Shown: positions 54,526 to 64,000 of the stretch, one piece after another
Layout: each line of letters opens with the position of its first letter
Numbering within the stretch: position 1 is the first letter of the stretch
Origin: Octopus vulgaris
Lineage: Eukaryota
Direction: 5' to 3'
Assembly: GCA_951406725.2 (NCBI GenBank)
Contig: OX597830.1
Coordinates: 72,168,001-72,232,000, forward strand
DNA length: 64,000 nucleotides
Program-made: the position numbers and the translations under genes
Notes under the pieces: generated by a model
What the model saw: the letters and a program-made list of their open reading frames with translations, nothing else
What the model was told of the DNA's origin: nothing
Databases searched by the model: none

Positions 54526-54742
54526 CAAGAACGGCGAGCTGGCAAAAAAGTTAGCACGCCGTGCGGAATTCTTAGCACTGTCTCGTCTCTCTTTGCGTTC
54601 TGAGTTCAAATTCCACCGTAGTCGAATTTACCTTTCATTCTTTCGAGGACGATCAATTAAGTTCCATTTGCGTAATGGGGTTCGATCTAATCCACTGGCC
54701 CTCTCCCCCGATATTTCGAGCCTTGTGCCTAGAGTAGAAAAG
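54526..54742 (+). mobile_element. SINE-C with perfect 17-bp TSD
   Basis: ATTATGTAAGAATGCAT at 54509-54525 and 54743-54759. Confidence 0.9.
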
Positions 54743-55014
54743 ATTATGTAAGAATGCATGAATGTATAAACTCATGCTTGTATATATGTATACATGAGTA
54801 TGTCTTTTTAAACACACACTTATTTATTGATTCAAAGATCGCTTTATTACAACGGGATTTCAGGGTCAGTTCTACTGCGTGGCAAACTTGGCGTTTTCAA
54901 CAATTTGTGAGTAAATTTGGTTAAGCAAATCTGCGTGGAATCCAAGCGCATACGTTTATATATAGTTTTGCGTGTGCGACTGCGTGCTCGTACGCGTGTT
55001 TGTGCGTGTGCATG

Positions 55015-55436
55015 CGAAATTTGGACATTGTTCGGGGACCATCAGGAGCTGCCTCAATTTATTTGGTATCCGGGAAGCTTCGAAGGATTACGGCTTACCT
55101 CTGCCCTGATTTTGTATCTGACCCACGACTATACTCAGAAACTGCGTTGCATACTGTTCCTTGTATGATTCAGGATAGTCAGGATAGTTTGGATATTTTC
55201 CGAATTTGATCTTGCGTATCTAGTTCTCTTTCCTAATGATTTGGCTGGAGTGAAGGCTCATGTTGGTCGACCACACACCTCATGGTCACGGTTGATAAGG
55301 AAGTCTCACATAGCGATGGAGACTAACAAGGATACTGCTTGGAAGGCTTTCTGGGATGTCACGAGTAAATACTAACAAATGGTTGATGCAGCGATGCACA
55401 GCAGCACATGCGTCAATACCTGACCTTTCTGACCTA
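55015..55436 (+). pseudogene. RTE-clade LINE 3' fragment
   Basis: KLRRITAYLCPDFVSDPRLYSETALHTVPCMIQ, VGRPHTSWSRLI, VDAAMH; CTGACCT repeat at the end. Confidence 0.65.
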
Positions 55437-56547
55437 TGTTCCTATCTATAATAAGTGCTGTAAAGGATGCACCTTCTCAAGAGCTGTATCTGAATTTCAT
55501 GCTACTTTCCCTGAGGCTTTGATGAACCTTAAATTTGCAGTGATATCGCTTAGTTTCCAATTTTTAAACACATTAGAGTGTTGCTACCAGAAGTTGTTGA
55601 TCTTAGTGATTGGCGAAGGCAGTGAATCTGGGGATCTTGAGTGAATGCATGTACATTTTGTATGCAATTACGTTTTGACATTTGAAATTTACGTTTCGCT
55701 CTACTGGTGGACGATAAAATATAATCTTGATGGGGAAGGTATATATTTCATGGGCTTCGGGTTTCTGTCTAAATTGTATGGTATTTAGTGGTGGATTTTC
55801 GAAATCACTTCGCTTCATTGAATGCATATTATCAATATATTTATTGTCGAGCCGTTATGATATGCAATGTAGATGTACAAAATTACACACATCATAAATA
55901 TGAACATTGACACACATATAAGTACATATATGTATATGTGCGGGTGCCGGGGTGAGAATGTATACATATATAACCACACACATACAGTTGGCCAAATTTT
56001 ACGTCTACCGAACATACATACAAAAACATACGTGTGTGTGTGTGTAAATAAAAAGAATGTAAGTAGTTGAGTTCTACATCTGTTTCAAAAGCATAGCGGG
56101 TGAATCTTATATAACATTATGAATGTGTTATACCCGTCCGTTGTATTTTTTCATCAAACGAGTGTGCAATTTTAGTACTGGTGAACGCGAAAGGAAGACA
56201 AAGCTGAGACTGAGATAGTAAGATAGATAGGAGTGTGGTATCATTTCGTTACCAGCATACTCAAATTATTGTGTGGCTTCAGTGGATTATTATCTTATGA
56301 AAGTTCCATAATGATAGGAAGCAAGGGCCTAATATAAGAATGTACACACACGCGCGCGAGCGCATATACACATACACACATACACGCACAAGCGCACACA
56401 TACATATGAATGTATCTATGTGTATACTCTCTAAGTGTTATTGCATGTATGTTCATATATGATGGACACTAGTTTTATCTAATTTCTTCAATGTTACCTG
56501 ATGCAACACAGAACTTAAGAGAGCAAGGAAGATTTCAACATAAGCTG

Positions 56548-56661
<114 letters not shown>

Positions 56662-56711
56662 CTATCTATCTGCCTGTCTATCTGCTATATATGTACGTAC
56701 ACACGTACGTA

Positions 56712-56797
<86 letters not shown>

Positions 56798-57553
56798 AAT
56801 GTTTATATAAAAGAGAAATATATATATGTGTGTGTGAATGTGAATGCGTGTTTCTACGCACGATTGTATGTGTACATTTTTTTAAGCGTACACATGCTTA
56901 TGTGTACATTCACGTACATGTGCATTTTAGTTTCAAATACCTTTCCTATTCGCTCTGAATAAATACTAGACAGACAATGTTCATATTGACACACTCCTTC
57001 CAAAGCCAGCCACATTGAAGTAACTCTATCTCCGGATAAAATATGTTTCTAAGGATTTTATAGGTAGCATTCAAAGGAAAGAAATTTGGCAGCTGAGCAA
57101 ATAGAAGAGGAAAAACTTGGGTGAGATAATGGATTTTCTGAAGACGCGGTTCTGAGAATATATGGCGCGTGACACAAAATATATAGGTTGCAAAGGAGAG
57201 ATCTTGTTGATATGAAATAGTTTAAATGGACTTAGTGCGCCATGGGTAACTACAGAGTACAAGCAGGCAGCGTTTTATTATTTTTAGATTCAACTCAGAG
57301 ACGATATAACACGGGTGGAAAAGGACACACCCAGATGTTTGGTCAGTTTTAGGCATTTGTGTGTTTTGTACTTAAGGAGTGTTTATATTTATACTCACAT
57401 ATACAAGGATTCAAGAACACACACATGCGTATACACACACACGCTCACACATACACACACGCACGTGTGTTTATATGTGTATGTGTGCGTCTTTTATTAT
57501 CAATATTTTTATGCGTTTGTCTACGCGTAACTTATATGCGAGTATATATACAT

Positions 57554-57584
<31 letters not shown>

Positions 57585-57593
57585 CATATATAC

Positions 57594-57627
<34 letters not shown>

Positions 57628-58069
57628 GTATGTATATATGTATATATGTATATATATATACATATATACATATATACATACATATATATATATATATGAG
57701 TGGAGGGATGTATCCATATGAGTATATAAACATATGCGTATATGTGTATATGTGTGGGTGCACACACACACAGGCACACACACACACACACATATATATA
57801 ACTGTATGTATGTACACATAGTTACATATTCTTGTATAAATACGTATTATGTATATACGCGTGAGTTTCTGCCTGTGTCTGTGTCCATGCACGTATGTGT
57901 CTCTCGAGCTTTACGAATATATTTATGCGCATGCGTGTGTGTCTGCATGTGTGTGCGTGTGTGCCTAGACACACAAACACCGAGTCTAAGCACGCTAAAC
58001 ATCGATATCAGTAGTTCTGTTGTTGTTATTATTGTTGTTGATTTTTTTTATTGCTGTTGATGTTTCTCT

Positions 58070-58137
<68 letters not shown>

Positions 58138-59036
58138 ACAATGCAATATTGTTATATCAAGACATAAACATTACTTGCTCTATCAATATTTCATCACAGC
58201 TAAATTGTTACGCCAGTAAAACTTTATTGGCTATAACAAACGTCTATCCATAAACGTCTACGCGACAAACAAAATGGCTGCTTGCTAAGCAAAGGGTACA
58301 AGGCTATAGGCTAGCAAAGCCAGCACTAAAGAGGAGAAGGAAGATGGTAGAATAAGAGTGAAAAATATTGTTATTTGCCGATTCAGATTTTAAATCTTGT
58401 TCTCACCAGAGCGAGTTAGCAACCTTATGAGCTTTCTGTGATGGGTCACTCAACTTTGTCTTTTATGTAAGCCGAAATGTTGGAGTCACGTTTCCATTTT
58501 CAGCATATAACTGTCATGGTAAAACATCAAATTGTTAATAAAACGTAGAAAGTAAAATGTCTGATACAGGCACAAATACATGCAAGCATGGACACATATA
58601 TAATGGCTGTTATATGGAAGTAAAAGTTTAGCGGACTGATCAAGCCAGTTTGGTCAGTTTTACCGTACGACATTAGATAGATAACTATGGCAAAACCAGA
58701 AGATATTGTGAGTGCCAGAAATTTTTGCGTGTGTGTGTGTGAATTTTGGCTGGCCCAGCTGGAGTATATATATATGCTTTACAGTTTCGCTTCTTTATCC
58801 TAGAATACATTTTACAATATTTTATATAATAAATAAATGCAAATTGGGGCTTCCACATAGAAATCACTCATTATCCAGCAAAAAAATTAGGAGGTAGGGC
58901 TATCAAATCGTGTTGCAGCAACAATGATGGTGTCCTATCATGTCCACAATTCACAGGCTGATACACATGAACGAGGAGTGCTGAGCAGCGCACACGATCC
59001 TCAACAATTACTTCGAGGCTGCTGAAAGAGAAGGGA

Positions 59037-59082
<46 letters not shown>

Positions 59083-59203
59083 AATATTAGGGAATAAATC
59101 CAAATTTACAGGGAAAATCAGATTTAGGATTGAATCCAATTTTATAGTAAAATATTATATAATATTAATTAGAGACAAAACCACTATTATGCAAATCAAA
59201 CAA

Positions 59204-59285
59204 AGAAAGACTTAATCCAATACATAAAAAACTTAATTTTATTTAATTTATATAAAAAATTTTATGTATTGGATCAAGTCTTTCT
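59204..59285. repeat. Inverted repeat, 26-bp arms, 30-nt spacer
   Basis: AGAAAGACTT(A/G)ATCCAATACATAAAA, one mismatch. Confidence 0.9.
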
Positions 59286-60075
59286 ATCTCTTATTATCTC
59301 TTATTATAAAAGGCAGATTTTATCTGCCTCCCTTTGTAAGTTATAGAAATCTACAATATAGGATTTCTTCAATTACAATTTACCTAGCATTTTTAAGTGT
59401 AGAATGCATCGGGTCATGCCAGGTCCAGTTTTTAAAATTTAAACTCCAATTAAGCAAAATTTACAGAAAACTCACATTCTGGTGTGTATGTCAAATGCTT
59501 TTCTTAGTCTGGTTTACAGCACACGCAAACGCACTCACACAGTGTGCAACGAATAAAGTGAAACTAGATGTAATATTTGTTTCTGTCTATCACGCTGATA
59601 GATACATGAGTAAAATGTATGGGAAGCTAACAGATAAGAGTGAGTGAAAATGTTTTTGGAAGAGAGTAAATTAGCGACAGAGTGATTTGAGGAAGACTAA
59701 ACTGAAAGTATGAAACAGTGTTTATGTATAAACAGACGACACTTATATAAACCCTTTCGTTACCAAACCGCCCGAATTTACCTATTCATATTTAAATGAG
59801 AATATCAGAGTAAATCTCTTTAGTACATTCGTGAAAACACGTATTATACTTCGTAAACACTTCAAATACAGTTTTGTACAAAAATCGAAGTGTAATTTTA
59901 ATTCCGTGAATTATGGGAGATTTTTTCCGAAATTTGTTCCTATTGTGTTTTCAAAATTTGTAATTCTGACAAAAAATGGATACGAATTTCATTATATCAA
60001 GCAGCGAGTCAGAATTCGAAGGATTTTCTACTGAAGACCTTCATAAATCTAACTCTATGACTGAAAAAAAAAGCA

Positions 60076-60470
60076 TCTTTATATAAGAGTGAAGTTGTGT
60101 GTCTGTCCCCTTCGATTTAGATTCGTAACTACTCCCACATTTTGCGGTGCAGTTTAACCAAAAGCGGGTATCTTATAGTCGTGATTCATATCGAGCCCTT
60201 CTTGGTATTAGCGCGCGTCTACGATGAGTCTACGATTTAAAAAAAATTTACCATCATATTTTTCCATTTTAATGCATTTTTTTCGCTTTTATATAAGGGA
60301 AGTAACTCTCTAAAAATATCTACGATGTGTCAACGATTTAAAAAAAAAATTTACCTTAATTTTTTTCAATTTTTAATGCATTTTTTTGCTATTTTTTGGC
60401 TATAACTCTCTAAAAATGCTTATATAGTTATTTCCCTTACAACCCGAGCAACGCCGGGCGATACTGCTAG
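60076..60470 (+). mobile_element. Non-autonomous Helitron
   Basis: A|TC start; hairpin CCCGAGCAACGCCGGG 60443-60458; CTAG|T; internal duplication of TCTACGATG.GTC.ACGATTTAAAAAAA. Confidence 0.85.
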
Positions 60471-60471
60471 T

Positions 60472-60810
60472 AATATATATATAAACAGCAAAATGTATGT
60501 TTGTCTGTGTGCGTGTCCTTTATACAAATCCACATTTTTTTCAGTTAGAGGGCTCGCACTTTCTATGGTCATTCAAAACAATCCAAGGGTAGTCGTGCAC
60601 ATCTTTACATTTCCCCAGTCACCCCGAAAAGCCATTAAAAAATCAATGTAAGTGACTTTTTTGTGAATTTTCTATTCAAAACCCAATCAAAATGCTCGAA
60701 ATTGAATGCCAGCTAGCTGTATGTGATTGGTCGGAGATTTGGACAGTACTCGCGTGTATGTGCGCACGCACGCAGCTGTATATGCATGCACTAGCACTAT
60801 GACCCGGCAA
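60472..60810 (+). mobile_element. Helitron, same family as 10285-10655, truncated in the terminal hairpin
   Basis: Collinear similarity along its whole length. Confidence 0.85.
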
Positions 60811-60811
60811 A

Positions 60812-61525
60812 TCAAGTGTGAAACACGTCATCCATCATGCGGTGTCCGTTTGCATTGATGCACTTTTGAAGGCATTCTACGAAGTTGGCCTCCCCAGCAT
60901 TGCTCTGTCAATTTGAGCGACATTGCTCTCTTGGATTTCCAAGAACCCATACCGACAGTTCTGTTGATTCACCATGCCATTGAGATGAAAATGAGCTTCA
61001 TCACTCATTAAAAAAATGAGGTTGTCATTTGGCTCAAAAATTGCTTCCATATGACCGGGAAAGTTAAGCCCCTGCGCATGGTCCCATGGCTTCAATTGTT
61101 ACCCAGTGACAAATTTGCACGTTTAGAAATGCAAGTCTTCATGCAAAATACGCCTTATCGAACGAATGCTTCCGAGCAGAGCGATTCGGACTCGTTATCA
61201 ATGCTTTTCAGTAGTGTACCTCGTGTACGAAGTGCATTCACCCAACGTAAGATTGAATTACGGGTGGGAAACAGCCTGATTTCTGTGAATGTTGAAATGG
61301 CACCGAAACTCGTGTTGAAGTGCTGTGACGGACTCGTTATTCTTCACATAAGTGTCGTAGGCAAACGCTCGATGCTCCACCGTCCACAACGTCATGGCTT
61401 CACCTAAAGAGAAAAAAAATGCTAAAACACTACGGACAGAATGGTATTTGTAGGACACATATCCCTCCCCCTGGGGCTGCGTAATAGCCACTTCAAAAGC
61501 GTCCGTTCCTCTCTTCCCCATCCTG
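60812..61525 (-). mobile_element. Deleted Tc1/mariner-superfamily element, DD41D (rosa)-like
   Basis: TA|CAGGATG end; DUF4817-like WTVEHRAFAYDTYVKNNESVTALQHEFRCHFNI; MSDEAHFHLNGMVNQQNCRY; C-terminus CLQKCINANGHR. Confidence 0.82.
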
Positions 61526-61554
61526 TACATATATATATATATATATATATCATA

Positions 61555-61740
61555 TTTACCGAAAACAAACGATGAAAACAGGTGAGGAGAACAAACTGGT
61601 ATATTAGTTTGAGGCTCTGGCAGAATGGAAAAGCCTTTGACATTTCGAGCCTAAGCTCTTCAACAGAAAGGATTGAGATGAAAAAAAAAATGGAGAGAGA
61701 AAGAAAAGAACGGAGAGAAAAAATGTGTTGGTATTAACGG
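61555..61740 (-). mobile_element. Hammerhead-motif module
   Basis: Minus strand CCUUU-CUGUUGA-A-GAGC-UUAG-GCUC-GAAAU-GUC-AAAGG at 61634-61671. Confidence 0.68.
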
Positions 61741-62668
61741 AAGAAAGCTGTGTAAAAGGGAGATAATAACGGTGACCCGGCTGCACTAGGATGCGCAAGA
61801 GGTTGTATGTATGTGTGGATGGTGTCTGTGAGTTTTTGTGTCTGAATGTGGGTGAGCGAATGTGAAAGCATGTGGGTGAGATTAAAATTATTTGGACTTC
61901 AGAGAGCATGTGGGTGCGTGTGTGTATAAATAACCTAGTGTACGCATTTTGTGAAGGTATGTGTGTTTCGTGTATTTGTGTTTGTGTTGTGAGCGTGTAT
62001 GTGTATGAAACTGTCATATGTGTATGCTTCTAAACAGTTGTCGTCGCCCAGATTCACTGAAAATGCATTAATCCGGCACTGAAATAAAATGGACTTACAC
62101 AAGTTGCTGCGTTATTGAACTAACCCCAAAACCACGTGATTGATAAGCGAGCCTCTTAACCACACAGCTATGTCTGCGCCTATAATGGACAGGAAAAAAC
62201 AACATCAAAAAAACAACAAATAAGTTCCTGAAAACTAGTAGCGATTTCACTTTCCACAAAGGACGATAGAAAGTCGAAGAAAATTCGATTAGACGTGTTC
62301 AGTTGACGCTGCTATTCGCAGTCTTTACACACACACGTACATAACAGGGCCACGTAAAATAGCACTACTGAAACACACATTCACTAACACATACGTTCGC
62401 AAACACACAATTGCGTATGATCCATGCAAATACGTATGCGTTTGTGTTTGTGTGAGTTTGTGCGTATGTGTGTTTTCCAAAGATAGTCTAGACCGTGTAA
62501 ATTCGATCGATTAAGTTGGGCCGTAACTGAATGGGCATAAGATTTGTTAAACTGATCACTATAATTTAAATTTACAGTTATTGAACAAGCTGTGATGCAA
62601 AGGGAATTGCGACAATTCAGTCACGAACTGTAATTTCGTTATCAAAAATAGAAATAGAATTTATATGC

Positions 62669-62713
<45 letters not shown>

Positions 62714-63109
62714 CGTCCTAGTCAAAGTTAAACTCTATAGGTCTTTTGTCTCTCCCTCTCTGTTTCTCTCGTAAGTGCTACGATGTGAAATAATGATTCG
62801 GTGTGAGTTTACATAGTTTGCTGTCCTTTATACAGATTTGTAGAAAGTGCAATAGAGTAGTATGGACAGAAAATATTTGTATGTAGGTTGCCGACTGGCA
62901 GAAATATATTGTGAGCCGATTTTGCGGGGTTTGCTGTCGGTATTCTTTTGTATTGTATATGGTTCAGTCGTGCGTGAAGGAAACTCTCTCAACAGATGTA
63001 TTAAAATTCAAGTGATTTTACTTCTGGTGACCGAGTATTTGTGCATAGTAAGTTGGATTTGCATTTTAAGATTCACAAAAGAATGTTTGTAGATGAAATT
63101 TTTCCTTGC

Positions 63110-63686
63110 TCAGCACTTGTCAGATGTTGCCCAGCACCTGACAGTACATGTTCATCCGGAACACTTTACAGAAGGTGATATAGTTTTGCTTCGAAAAAAA
63201 ATACTTACAGCCATGCCGTTTAGGTCTCTCATGCTTTGCGTGAAGATATCGAAGAGCTGTCAGCCTTTAAAGTCCAAGCTGTTGCACTATCTAGTCCCTT
63301 ATTCAATTAGCAATACCGGGACTTTTGGTACCATGCAGTAGTGCCCCGTCCTGCGTTTTGTCTAAGCGACAACGACAAAGTTTGGAACAAGTTTCTCTAA
63401 GAGTTTCCAGATGAATATTATTGTATATCTTTTCCGCCTTCACTCCAGAGAGTAGAGATTTAACTCTTTTAGTCTCTCCCAATAACTGACATGTCACATT
63501 GTACGATATTCTTTGTATAGCTTCGCTGGATCGCTTCGAGTACCGTCGTTAACTTGACACTGTTTGGTGACCAAAGTTGGGAGCAGTAAGTAATCCGGAC
63601 GGCTGAGAACAAAGATCCTCTAGAGGACAATCATGGTTTCCTTTCCTCTTGTTTTAAAAGTTCGAAGGATCCACGCGGCCAGACGT
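63110..63686 (-). pseudogene. Old CR1-type LINE fragment related to 22013-23251
   Basis: GGTGACCAAAGTTGGGAGCAGTA and CCAAGCTGTTGCA shared with ~22518 and ~22225, collinear. Confidence 0.8.
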
Positions 63687-63757
63687 TTGAGCCCTCTATT
63701 TTTTTTTTTAAGCGAACATACCGGCCGCCTCGGACATTCGGCGAAGAGTAGCCTAAG

Positions 63758-63895
63758 ACTTCTTTTAGTTTCCGTCTACCAAATCCAGTCAGAGGGATGT
63801 GGTCTGCCCGAGTCTAGATTAGTAGGCACCTGCCAAGATGTCTCACAGTGGGACTGGACCGGGAACTGTGTTTGCGAAGCAAGCTTCTTACCCAA
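63758..63895 (-). mobile_element. SINE-A 5' half, diverged
   Basis: AGTTTCCGTCTACCAAATCCA...CAGTGGGACTG. Confidence 0.75.
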
Positions 63896-64000
63896 AACCT
63901 ACGTCTATATATATATATATATATATATCCATTAAGGCATACTAATTTTCCTATAGAAAATATAATGCTTTGGATATTATATATCACCCACGCAAGCAAG

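Overview
AT-rich, repeat-saturated eukaryotic DNA with no recognisable host gene or exon, so probably intronic or intergenic. The SINE families and the density of (TA)n/(TAGA)n/(CA)n/(TTA)n suggest a cephalopod (Octopus-like) genome; this is an inference. Nearly all listed ORFs are microsatellite translations. Real content: (1) a young 5'-truncated CR1-type LINE with an open RT frame (21936-23251, minus) and an older relative near 63.1-63.7 kb; (2) decayed R4/Dong-type, RTE and possibly L1/Tx1 LINE fragments; (3) three Tc1/mariner-superfamily relics; (4) several non-autonomous Helitrons with TC...hairpin-CTAG ends; (5) dozens of SINE copies from at least four families (labelled A-E here; the labels are mine); (6) short (TA)n-flanked modules carrying type I hammerhead-ribozyme motifs, resembling Penelope-like pseudo-LTR remnants. 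The most notable items are a near-intact hammerhead at 28143-28225 within a cluster, a CUGUUGA-A core-variant hammerhead family, a LINE/SINE pair sharing a 3' end with a covarying stem-loop, a spacerless ~120-bp palindrome inside a nested TE stack, and tail swapping in SINE-B. All assignments come from reading the sequence; no searches were run.
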